A stretch of 64,000 nucleotides of DNA, taken from the NCBI GenBank assembly GCA_022813965.1, contig JALDZS010000025.1, positions 1-64,000 of the forward strand, read 5' to 3'. Origin of the DNA: Toensbergia leucococca (lineage: Eukaryota). A program made the translations under genes and the position numbers. Position 1 is the stretch's first letter. Every line of letters starts with the position of its first letter. Positions 11,301 through 23,434 of the stretch are shown here, piece after piece. The notes beneath the pieces are model-generated. The model did no database searches and had not been told where the DNA came from. It saw only the letters and a program-made list of their open reading frames with translations.

Positions 11301-13846
11301 GCAGTCTGAAGCTTCTTAAGAACATTTTCAACATGTTGAATATATTCTTGCTAAGTCTTGCTGTAGATAAGAATATTATTTAAGTATATTTGAGCATAGT
11401 CATTAAGACATTCAAAGAGAGTGTCATTGATATAATGCTGAAATAAGGTTGATTTATTTATTAAGTTAAAAGAAAGAACACAGTACTTATACACTCTTAT
11501 AGAGATGCAGAAGATTGTGAGTTTCTTACTGTCTGAGTGCATTCACAGCTTGTTAAAGACTGCAATAATATTAAACTTAATAATAAACTTGCAGTGAGTG
11601 ATTCAACTTAAAGTCTCATCAATTAAGAGTAATGAGTATCAGTCTCAGTGAGTAAGAGCATTTAAGTATCAATAATCTACACAAAAGTGTAAACTGTCAT
11701 CTGATTTAATTACAAACAGAATAAGAGACGCAAAGGGAGCCTTACTCAGAACAATAAATCCCTTGTCTAAATTCTCAGATAAGTACTCTTTTATCTTCTA
11801 AAGTTTCTTCTCAGACATAGAGTACAGTCAGCTCTTAGATAGTGAATTCTGACTCTCTAACTCAATCTTATGATCATAAAAGTGTCTGAGAGACAGAACT
11901 TTGACTGCTTGCTTATTAAAAACATCAGTGTAATCATAATATTCTGTGAGCAGTTTGATCATTAGTTTTATGATGTTTACTGAGCTCATTTTACTCAGAA
12001 AGGTGATCTCTAATAAGAAAGAATTCTCAGTTACTTTCTGTGTCTATAACTTCTTAATCTCTGCAATAATGATGAAAAAAACCTGATTCTGTGAATTATT
12101 CATTAAAAGGTAAAATAAGGCAGGATTGACTTTATAAATGTTTACTGAGATGAGCATTTAATGACTCTCAGATTATCTTTAGATCAGAATCACAGCTTCT
12201 ATTTTTATCAGATTTACTGTGGCGTTTATTCTTTAATAAGCAATCTTAATTTCTGTTCAGTGACTTCTGTATAATGTCTCTAAGAATAAAGACTTCTGAG
12301 TATCTGAAAGAGCGCATAAAGATGTCTTATTTCTCTGAGAAAAGTTTGCGTTTTATCAGAAGTATTATTAGTCAGGTCAGTATAAAGAAAAAAGATATAA
12401 GAGAAAAGACTTGCCTGAAGATCACTTAATTAAAGAGAGCTTAATCAGAGAGATCTTAACTAAAGATATCTTAATCAGAGAGACAAAAGCTTTAGAGAGT
12501 GTAGTGATGCATTAGTGACTCAGAGATAGATTGACTTCAGATACATTCTTAACTGTCTAAATCACTGTAGACACTCTAAGATGATTACACCTTCTAAGCA
12601 AGAGATAAAGCTTATCAACACTTATGTTTAGCAATATTCTATGATAATTCATTCAGATTTTTTCTAAAATAAGATTATGTTGATCTAATATAATAATCAA
12701 TAATGAGCAGGACAGTTCAGAGTAATCTGTTACTTATAGATCTATCAGAATCTGATGTGTAATAGATGTGCTGTGTTTCTCATTAAACCCTCAGATGAGT
12801 TTAGACTTAATTAACAAAATAGATAAGATAGAGAAGAGTTTACAAAGGGAATGCGCAGCAATAAAAATAATAAAAGCATAGTCATAAGTATTGATATCAA
12901 TCAAAGCTTGTATTTTGTAACTAATGTTAATTACAAACAGAGTGCATGCTGTAATAAAAAGCTTGAGTGCATAAGGATTCTGATCAGAATTTAAAGAAGC
13001 AATTGACAACTCTCTCTTTATCACATCTTTGATAAAGGGCTTTAGTTTTCTGTCTCTAAAGTCTCTTTAATCTTCTCTTTTATCTCTTTCTCATCTTCAT
13101 TCTTATCAATGTTTGAGATCTCTTGAATATGATCTTTAAGATTAACTTTCTTAAACTCTGTGCAGTTCTGAGCAAAGTGACTGAGCTTGTCACAGTTGTA
13201 GCAGATTCTAAGAGTATGTAGAAAGTCTTTCATATCTGTAAGCATAGTTTAAAAGAGTCTTCTCTATAAGAAGGTAAGAGCATAAGTGATCACAGACTTG
13301 TTAGTTAAGATGATTACTGACTTCTCTGAGTAAGCACTATGAGTTATTAAGATCTGAGAGATGAGAGTAAAGACCTTGTAGATAAGTTTTACAGAGAAAA
13401 GAGAAGTAACTTTATGCAATGTTTAGTTGTATCTCTGTTTTTTATCTATCTTTTGCAGGTAACTCTGCAGTTTCAAGAGACTGATGAAGTTCAAAAAGAT
13501 TATTGCTAAAACTGTCTGTAATTAAGAGTTGACTTTCTTCTTTAAATAGATAATAAGAGTAATCTTATTAATGTCAAGTGACAAGGTTAGAAGAAGGAAA
13601 GTTGCATAAAACTGATAAAAAGACTCATTGTTTATCTGCTGTAGTTTATTAAAATTCTGACAGGCGTTTTAAACCTTGTTGAGGTTCTTATAAATAGTTA
13701 CTAAATACTTAATAATATTTATTGCAGAGAAGAAAGAATTAATGATAGTAAACAGTAACCTTAGTAGACAATAATTAAGAGCATCACTCTTAAGAGAACA
13801 GATAACTAAGATCTTCTGTTTCTGTGTTATGAGATATCAATCTTTG

Positions 13847-14100
13847 TGTTAGCATGCAGGTGTATACAGGTGTATGTGCTCATGTCATGTCAGGTACTTT
13901 AGTAAGATGTTTTAGCGTTGTTGTTATGTTGACAGCATGTCTGTGTTGATCTAACATCAAAAGTGTGCCTGTTTTGAACTAAGATCTAATGTGGTTAGTT
14001 CTTTGCTTAAAGTCTGTGTACATATTCTGTGTCTTACACAGACTTTAGATACCATCTGATAACTACACTGACACTACAATCCTATCAGTCCCTTCTAACA
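13847..14100 (+). repeat. copia 5' LTR
   Basis: TGTTAGCATG...CTTCTAACA; 254 bp; matches 19516-19769. Confidence 0.93.
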
Positions 14101-17100
14101 GTTATGAGCTTGGTTCACGTCAACCTTTGTCAGATTATCTTCTTTGTCTAAAGAGAGACTTCTTTATCTAAGACAAGCAAGATTATCTTCTTTGTTAAAG
14201 AGGTAAGACAATTTGTCAAGTGTCTAACACCTCAAGACCTCTTTGTTAAGACCTCTTTGTTAAGACCTCTTTGTTAAAACACTTCTTTATCTGTCTAATA
14301 CTTAAGAGACATCCTGCCTCATCTGTGTTGAAGACCTTCCTTACACATATGTGTTGATAGAAACCTAGCATAACTATTAGCAGGATTTCTAGCACGTTGT
14401 GTTAAGTAGGCTTGCACTCTGTACTAGCAGGACCTCTTACAGACACCTAACAGATACCTAACACCTAAGACTAAAGAAAGACACCTGACAGAATCCTTTC
14501 AACAGCACGTCAAAGGCTAGACATAGACTGTCACTACAGTCTGTTAGCAACATTAAGGCTAGAAACGGACTCCTGCAATCAGAATCCTTTCAGCAATACA
14601 ACACAACTTCTGACACAGCACGTTGTCAGAATCTAGCAACAGCACATCCTTACTACCACGTCCTTATTACCATATCTTTAGTAAGCCCAGGGCTTATTAG
14701 ACAACATGATTAGTAGAAAGGATATCTGTTTGTCCTCTTTCAAGGACTGGGACCTGTGAATTGCTATCATCTAACAGCTAGCAAATGAGCATCACGTATG
14801 AGATCTTATCAACCCTAACACAACATCTTAGCCTACCCTTCTAAAATGACCTGAGAGACCTGTATCAGAAGTGTTAGACTTAACCTCAGTAACTACAGCA
14901 GAGAAAGCTGCACACGTCACCCTCTGCCAACTTTACAACTCAGAATATAAGCTTAGTCTTAAGGAGTATAAGAAACAACAGGCTGCTATTGAGAAAGTTA
15001 GGACCTTTATTAGTGATAGTATAGCTTTGAATAACTTTCTCTCTGTTGAGGCAGATAGTGGCCTTTCTCTGTAAAAGAGACTCTGTGATCTTAAGAATCA
15101 TTTTGCACTATCAGATTTGCACACAAGTTAGAATTAGAACAGCTTTACTGACAACTCAGCAAGGGACCAAGCTCTAGACAGGACGCTGAGATGTGACTAA
15201 ATGAGTTCAAACAAATGCTTGCCAAAGCAAAGGCAGAGAAGATTGCAGAAGTATCTGATGCTAAATGACCATACCGTGACTTTCTACTAGCTATAAAGTT
15301 AACAGTATCTATTCTAGCTATTATGCTACAATGAGAAATGCAGACTCTCAAAGAGAAAGATATAGAAAAGATTATGATTATCTTTATAGAGGATTATCAG
15401 GAGGAAATGAAGGTGTTAAAAGCACAAGACAAGCCTAGTAATTCCGCATTCCTGATAGACAAAAAAGACAAGACCATAGGAGATAAGCCTTCCTTCTATA
15501 GCAAACAACAGCAGCAATCAAAGGAAAAATAACAGCGATGGCTATGTGTTTGTCAAGAACCTAATGATATCAATCCTTACTGGTGAGTTGACTGCCTATA
15601 TCTTAATAGTGATGCACAGGCAAAAGGATAGAAGCCTAACAAGAAGACTAGAAAGATGGTGGACACTAAACTAGAAAATCTAGAATTTAGAGAGAAGGTA
15701 CTACTTGCTATTAGCAAGACTAAGAAGTCAAAGGAGAAGAAAAGACCTACTAATAATAAAGACTTAGATAGTTCCTTTACAAACACATTTGCTATAGATT
15801 TTTTCCTTTGTACCTCCTAAATTATAGACCCTGAATCTTCTCTGCATATCTGCAACAACATAATGCTTGAGAGATATATAGCAAAGAGACCTTGTAAGAA
15901 GAAGATTGCCGCTAGCAATTCTCATCTATAGGTAGAATCTGTCAGTTCCATTATCATAACATTACAGTCACCTACAGGACCAATGAAGATTAAGCTGTCT
16001 AATGTACATTATGTGCCTGGTTTTCTAACAAACCTGGTGTCTGCAAGTCTTCTAGCTGACAAAGAACTTTACTTTAACACTCAACATGAACACTTACATG
16101 TCAACAGAGTCATCAGATACTATGCACCAAGACATAATCAATACTATCTTTTAGAAAACAACAAGACGTCTACAACTACCTTATCAGCATCTGAAGAAGC
16201 CTTTTTCACAAATAAAGAAGTTGTTAAGATGGGAACAACAGAGAAATGATACAAAATCCTGGCTCATGCTGGGAATGATGCTATTCAGCATCTTGCAGAT
16301 GCAATAAAGGGTATTAAGGTCAACAACAAAGATAACGTCCCAAAAACTAACAAATGTAAGACTTGCGCTCTGTCTAAAGGACACCGCATTGTCTCAAAGT
16401 CCTCTCACATAGAAGAAGTTTTAGACAAGCCCTTCTATAGGATTAGTTACAACCTCCTTAGGCTTAATTCTGGCCTTAATAGAGACAAATAAATCTCTCA
16501 TGTTGCTTGTATAGCTACCAACTTTCACATGATAGAGTCTCATAAGAAGAAGTCCGGAGCAGTTGATGCTATTAGGAAAGCCATTCTTCTTATTTATATA
16601 AGATGAGAACATAAGGTTATCTTTATCTGTTCTGATGGTGAAAAAGCCTTAGGCAATGAATTTGATGATTTCATTGCAGATCTGGGCATAACACAAGAGG
16701 AAAGCGCTCTGGATACTCCTGCGCAAAACGGTTATTCTGAGAGAATAAGAGGTATTCTGACTACTAAAGCAAGAGCAATGGCAGTTGCAGCTAGACTTCT
16801 CACCTACTTATTTCCTTGGATCTATCTAGCTGTGGGCTACCTGACTAATAGGACATCAACTAAGAAATTAAGATGAAAGACTCTCTTTAAGAAGGCCTGT
16901 GGTATAACTCCTAACCTTGCTTATCTATGACAATATGGCTGTAAGGCCTATCCTCTGAACAAAAATATCTCAAGAATGAATAAGCTCTTGTTGCAAACGC
17001 ATATTGGTTTTTTAATTAGATATGCCTCTACAAATATCTATCTTATATGAATACCTAGTCAGAGGAAAGTTATCAAAACACAAGACGTCACATTTGATGA

Positions 17101-19515
17101 AGGAGAGTTCTATAAGCCAGGAGAAATAGATCTCTCACAGATTCTCAAGGAGCCATTTCTACAGGACTATAACATTCCGCATGGACAGGACTCTATTATA
17201 GTTAGAGATTTAGACTCTGACACTGATACTAATGAGAATATTCAGATACCACTTGTATATAATAAAGGTCTAACAGGTGTTAGAAGAAAAGAAAAAGAGA
17301 AAGAGAGGTAAACAGACTTATCTGCCATCATCAGGCCCGTCAAGTCTGAGGGGTAAGGAACCTTCTCATCATACAACGCCTTTACCTTCTTGTCATACAA
17401 CTTTTGCTATGCCTTCAAATCTAAGGGGTGGTAATAATTCCTATCAGAAAGATCAATCTTATGACGCTTCTCTTCCTAGTATAGATAAGTATGCAGATGA
17501 ATTAAGAGATAATCTTGAGGAGCTATTAACGTTATTACTACCAAGAACATCACTATTGACAGCACCACCGGTAAAACCACCAAAGGGAGCCAAAAAGTCA
17601 GGGATGTTAAAGGATTTGAATGACAATAATATTATAGAAGGAGGTAGAACACAACGTGGTGCTCATGCTATTGCACTAAAGGATGCAACAACAAGTCTAA
17701 ACGCCTATCATACAGCATTTGCTGCCTTTATTTCGTCCTAGCTATTCTATTCCGCTGTGTTAGCTACCACGGCTACTAAGAAAGTGAAACAGTCAGAACC
17801 CTTACGCATGCATTGTGACTACCTACCAGCAGAGCCTGATAATTGAAGTTAGATGATGAAGCACAAGCTAGCTACAGGATTTAGACAGGCAGCAAAGGAT
17901 GAAATTAGGGTGTTAGAGACCAAAAACACCTGGACAGAAGTTTTACAAGCATATGCTAAGGAACAAAACATCAAGACTATACCCACGCGGTGGGTATTTA
18001 AGTACAAATTTGATCAAGAGGGCTTTTTGATCAAGCAAAAGGCTAGATTGTGTGCAAGAGGTAACTTACAGAAGACATCTGATGACACCTACGCTGCAAC
18101 ACTAGCATCCCGCATTTTTCAAGCTATGATAGCTATTACAGCAGCCTTTGACTATGAGACACGACAATATGATGCTGTCAACGCCTACGTCAACACCAAA
18201 CTTGCATCTACACACCTCAGGGATGAGATAGACCAACAGATATACTGTTGCTTATAAAACAAGCCCTGTATGGCTTAAAAGAGTCAGCAAATCTATAGTA
18301 CCATGAACTCTCTGGAACGCTCAATACTTTAGGACTATAGCAAGTACCTGGCGTGGAATGCTTGTTTACTAACAAGCACATGATAGTCTTCTTCTTTGTT
18401 GATGACATTGTTGTCCTATATAACAAGTGTTACACTAATAAAGTTAATGCCTTTCAAGCACAGCTATTTCTTACCTACAAGATGAGAAATATAGGTGAAG
18501 TGAAATGGTTCTTAGAAATTTGAATTACTTATAACAGACAGCTACAACAGATACAACTATGCCAGGACAGTTACATTAACAAGTTAATGATTAAGTACAA
18601 CATTAATCTTACAAATAAGCCCCTGGCTACCCTGTTATCAAATTATGATGCTTTTGTTAAGCATGATAGACAGGCAAGTCCACAGCAGATCCTTATCTAT
18701 CAGCAGTATATTGGATCCATTAATTTTGCTGCAAGTCAAACCAGGCCGGACATTTCCTTTGCTGCATCCAAGCTGGCGCAATTTCTACAGAATCTATCAC
18801 CAAAGTATGAGGAATATGCTGAACGGGTAATGCAATACCTTGGTCATACCAAGTATTACTCTATTGTTTATGAGAGGGAATTTACAGACCTAAGAAAGAT
18901 ATTTCTAGCATTATCAGACTCAGCCTACGCAGACAACTTCAAGACAAGACGGAGCTCTTATAGATATGCCTTTAAGCTCTTTAATGGTATAATACACTGG
19001 AAAGCTGCCTGAGAAAATACAGTTACCACAAGTTCCACAGAAGCAGAGCTTCTTGCTATATTGCAAGCAGCTAAAGAGACTATTTGGTAGGATAGATTCT
19101 TTGAATCTATTAATCTAATCCTATGTTACAAAACAGAGATTGAATGTGACAATCTACAGACACTTGAGATCTTAAAGCCTGATGGATCCACACAGTTTAC
19201 TACTAAGCTACGTCACATTGACATTCATAGTCATTGACTACAACAAGAAATTGCTTTAGAGAAGGTCTTTACCAAATAGATACCTACTACAGAGATTCTA
19301 GCAGATAACATGACAAAGGCACTGACACCACAGCGTCACAAGGACTTTGTTAATCTACTAGGTCTACAAAACAACAAACCCAAGGAATGACGCATCTACA
19401 GAGCTTATTGCTACCTGCAAAACAACAAACAGCTATGCTCAGGGCTACATGCATGACTACTTACTTACCTGCATTTTACATGTCAGGATCAAAGGATTAT
19501 GATCCTAAGGGGGTG

Positions 19516-19769
19516 TGTTAGCATGCAGGTGTATGCCGGTATACGTGCCCATGTCACATTAGGTACTTTAGTGAGATTTTTTAGCGTTGTTGTTGTGTTG
19601 ACAGTGTGTCTGTGTTGGCCTAATACCAAAAGCGTGCCTGTTTTGAACTAAGACCAAATGTGATTAGTCCTTTGCTTAAAGTCTGTGTATATATTCTGTG
19701 TCCTACACAGACTTTAGATACTATCTGACAACTACACTGACACTACAATCCTATCAGTCCCTTCTAACA
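19516..19769 (+). repeat. copia 3' LTR
   Basis: TGTTAGCATG...CTTCTAACA, preceded by the PPT. Confidence 0.93.
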
Positions 19770-20778
19770 CTTTATTATCAGTCCTTTCTAACACTTTGTT
19801 ATCAGTCAGCTTAAGATTTATCTACAGCTGTCATGCCTTAAAGATAGTACTCTTTTCATCAAATAGCTTCTCAGAATCTGAAATCTTTTTGAACAGATAA
19901 AGAGCTCAGAGAGAAGAATTATAGAAGTCTAAAGGTGAATTTAGTAATAAAGTTTATAGTTATTTCTCTGTTAAAACAGTGAACAGCTTCAGTTTGAGCT
20001 GACAGATCTTAGCTTGACAGTTTTTCACCTTTATAATCTTTTTATCAAGCTTGATCTGTGTTTTAAGCATCTAATCTAAAGAAACCTTTATCTCTGAACC
20101 TCTAAGATTAATATAGTTAAGATCTATTATCTGCTGTACAAGATAATTCTGTTGCTGTTGAGCTTTCATCACCTTTTCTGTCATAAGAAAAAGTTTATCT
20201 CATTGTTCTCTAAGATGTCAGAGATAATTCATGCAGGCTTGCGGCTGCTGATTTAGAAAATCTTGTAGTTGTGTAAAAGTAGTGATGTCTTTTAGATTGA
20301 GTACTGCTAAATCTTTATCTTTATTGCCTTTAGAAGATGACTTGATGAGTGATGCATTAGATGAGAGAAGATTAGGATAAAGCTGGGGTTTAAGCTATGT
20401 CAGACATTTAGAAGAGAACTGACTGCTGAAAGCCTCTGCTTCAAAAGGATTGTTTATGATTAAAAAGAGATAAAGAGATAATTATAAGAGAGAAAAAGGT
20501 TTGAAGAATGTTGAGAAGGTTTGTTGTTGTAGAAGGTAAACATTTGTGATAATAATACTTGAGGTATTGAACAGTGTTAAGATATTGTTTATTGTTGTTT
20601 GTTGTTGTGTTCTATGCGTAGAATGTAACCCGTAGTATTTGAAGAGCCTTGATAAAAAAGTGTTAAAGAATAGTTTTGTCACACTTGTATGAAGACAAGA
20701 TAAAATAAGAATATCTGAGGTTATCAGACTTATATAAAGACAAGTTAATAGAACATTTGATATAGACTTTTAATGTAA

Positions 20779-20994
20779 TGTTACAGTCAGATTTAGAGTC
20801 TAGTTATAGAGATACTATTAAAAAGAACATTAAAGATAAAGATTTAAAAGTACAGAAGAGAAACACTGTATAAGTATTTAACAGAGTGTTACTGAGTAAC
20901 AACTATGACATTTAATAACCTTATATATCAACTTCTAGCTCTTGTATTAATTTTGATCTGTGTGTAAGCTAGAATGCTAGGGTGAATCATAACA
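20779..20994 (-). repeat. gypsy 5' LTR
   Basis: TGTTACAG...ATAACA, followed by TSD TAGTA. Confidence 0.9.
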
Positions 20995-22788
20995 TAGTAT
21001 TTATAGAAAATCTTGTTATTTATAGATTAGAGTGCATGTCTTTCTCTGTCTGTGTAGATTTATTAATTTAAGTCACAAAAGGTCTTTAACATCTATACTT
21101 TATAATCTAAAAGATATATACTTTATTTGGATTAAATTTTATTTATTATTTCTCTCTTTATTTCTTTGTAACTCAGAGACTTTGTTATAGTTTATTAACA
21201 GTCTAAAGAATTTAGAAGAAAGGTTTTAAATAAACATTCTAATGTAAATAAAACAATCTATTAAGATAAGTTATAATAGTGACTTACTAAGCTTACAACC
21301 TGATAAAAGAATTAATAAGTATAATAAATAACAGAATAGAATTATTAAAGATTAAGTATCTAGCAGAGAAACAAGCTATCTATATAGACAAAATATAAGA
21401 GATTCTAAGTCATATGTGATGTAACCTTACATTTAAATCAGATTCTTAATTAACAATTTTAATGTCTACTTAATTTAAGTCCTTATGATGATGACTATAA
21501 TGTCTAGAAAAATGTAACAGATAATCATACAAATTACATGTTGTTTTTATTTCTTACTTAATCTCTTATTTAATTTCTTAGAATTAAACTTATACTTCAT
21601 AGATAGCATAGAGATAATGCAATAAACTCTTATACATATAACTATATTCATTAATATTAGTGATATTAATAATAGACTGATAATACATGCACACACTCTT
21701 TTAATATCTGTAAACTCTTATCTTCTCTCTTAAGTGCAATATCACTGAGAAAAATATTATTATTCTGCATTACATGTTGTCTTAATTTCTTATCACCCTT
21801 ATAAGTCATTTACTTATTCTATTTGTATGTTATCTAAAAGTCAAATTATTTAAGAGAAAATCAATGCTTTTATATCATATTGTAACTTAATTTTCTTATC
21901 TTCAAGTGCATAATCACTCTCTGAGCACAAAAATATCATAATTTTGCAAGTTATTTATCTTATTTTAAAATTATAAATCACTCTGTTATTTATAGAGACT
22001 TCATTTCTTTTCTTCTTACTTTATCTTCTCTCTCTTTATTTTCTTATTCTTCTTTAGATTCTTAGTTACCTCAGTCACTCTGATCATCTTAGTGACCTTA
22101 ACTACTTTAAATAACATATAAATAAAACAGATAATTGACTTGTAAAGTAATAGAGAATTGAGATAAAATGTGATGCAGAATAATAAGATTTTTTCCTTGC
22201 GCCTAAAGCCTTACTAATGCTTGATCAGGTATAATAAGAGAGGAGGTATTAATGTAGCAAAAAGAGGTGTCATAATAGCAAAATCTGTGAAGAATTAAGT
22301 AAAAATGTGATACAATATTAGAATGACTCCTTACTGCAGTGAAGATAATAGATAACATGTAAAATCATGAGATATAAGACATGCAAAGGTAATAAGAACT
22401 GAGGCAAGAGGTGATGCAGAATGATAACATTTCCCTCAGTGATATTGCGCTCAAGGGGGTGGTGAGATAATATCAGCATTGAAGTAATATTGGATGTAAC
22501 TTACATACATTCCTGCTTTAGTTCGTGGTTATTCCCTGAGTGAGTTAGTACCATGACGGTGACGGTTACGCTGCTTAGGTCGGGGGTCTGACTTCAACTC
22601 AAACCTTCTTCTCGGCAATCTTCTTTTCTCTAGCTCCAAATACAAATTGGTCAAAGAAATCTCATAGAATCACGAAACACAGATATAATTTCCAGACTAT
22701 CTCACAGTCAAAGCAGCATCTAAAAACTTTGCTCCTAGTAATTATTGTTCTCCTCATCAAGGCATCTCATCACAGAAGCATACCGAAC

Positions 22789-23434
22789 ATGTCGTTGTGC
22801 CAGAATCGCCTTCAAGAAGAGCGGTATGGTTTGCTTCAATGTATGATTAGACTAGCAGAGCGCTGCTAATAGATTATGGAATACTCAGCAAGCAGTGGCG
22901 TCGTGACCACCCTTTTGGGTTTTTTGCGAAGCCATTTCGAACACCCCAAGGAATTTTGGACCTGAAGAAATGGGAGTGTGGAGTACCAGGCAAGGACAAG
23001 TCACTTTGGGAAGGTGGTTTATTTAAATTGGATGTCACATTTCCCGATGGTCAGCTACGAACGTGCAGCGCATGCTCAAGAACCTGAGTTAATCATTCCT
23101 TTCAGAGTATCCGACCAAGCCACCGAAATGTATTAGCATCAAGTCATCACTAGCCCTAGGAGCTAGCTAACGGCCGACAGGCAAATTCGTACCACCCCTT
23201 TTCCATCCTAACGTCTATCCCTCTGGAACGGTATGCCTATCAATATTGAACGAGGAAGAAGGCTGGAAACCAGCTATTACCATCAAGCAGATTCTTCTCG
23301 GCATTCAGGATTTGCTTGATGACCCCAACCCCGATTCGCCAGCTCAGGCTGAAGCTTATAATCTGTTTAAGAAAGACCGTCAAGCATACGATAAGAAGGT
23401 TAAACACATAGTCAAGGAGAACCCGGCTCCATAA
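22789..23434 (+). CDS. UBC9: SUMO-conjugating enzyme Ubc9 (4 exons)
   Basis: [27 protein letters not shown]...[59 protein letters not shown]. Confidence 0.97.

Larger units (their letters stand above)
13847..19769 (+). mobile_element. Ty1/copia LTR retrotransposon with a pseudogenised polyprotein (~14707-19390)
   Basis: 254-bp TG..CA LTRs at 13847-14100 and 19516-19769. PBS GTTATGAGC at 14101, PPT AAGGGGG before the 3' LTR, TSD CTTTG. Copia order: protease, GAG-pre-integrase (HYVPGFLTNLVS; H..LAH..C..C), integrase (TPAQNG.SER), RT (RWVFKYK..KARLCARG; ALYGLKES; FFVDD), RNase H (TTSSTEAE; HIDI; ADNMTKAL). Many stops and a frameshift near 18210. Confidence 0.95.
8148..20994 (-). mobile_element. 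Ty3/gypsy chromovirus LTR retrotransposon, heavily RIP-degraded and split by a copia insertion in gag
   Basis: 216-bp LTRs at 8148-8363 and 20779-20994, TSD TAGTA (8143-8147, 20995-20999). Minus-strand remnants in gypsy order: gag with zinc knuckle CYNCDKLSHFAQNC (~13200), protease ALID (~12900), RT YLNNILIY (from YLDD, ~11380), RNase H NYEIYDKELL (~10830), integrase (~9400-10000), chromodomain-like segment (~8900-9050). Confidence 0.93.
7505..21464 (-). mobile_element. TRIM-like non-autonomous LTR element (~1.1 kb without the gypsy insertion)
   Basis: 164-bp direct repeats at 7505-7668 and 21301-21464. TSD CCTAC/TCTAC. On the minus strand, a copia-type PBS GGTTGTAAGC follows the 5' LTR and a purine tract AAGAGAAAG precedes the 3' LTR. 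No coding sequence. Confidence 0.8.
7257..22586. mobile_element. Non-autonomous TIR DNA transposon (~1.37 kb of its own sequence) hosting three nested LTR elements
   Basis: 43-bp TIRs at 7257-7299 and 22544-22586 (39/43 identical by hand). Perfect 8-bp TSD TCTGACTT at 7249-7256 and 22587-22594. No transposase ORF recognisable. Confidence 0.88.

Noticed and set aside
7257..22586. Starship or other cargo-carrying giant transposon
   Set aside because: No tyrosine-recombinase captain and no cargo genes. The length is fully explained by nested retroelements.
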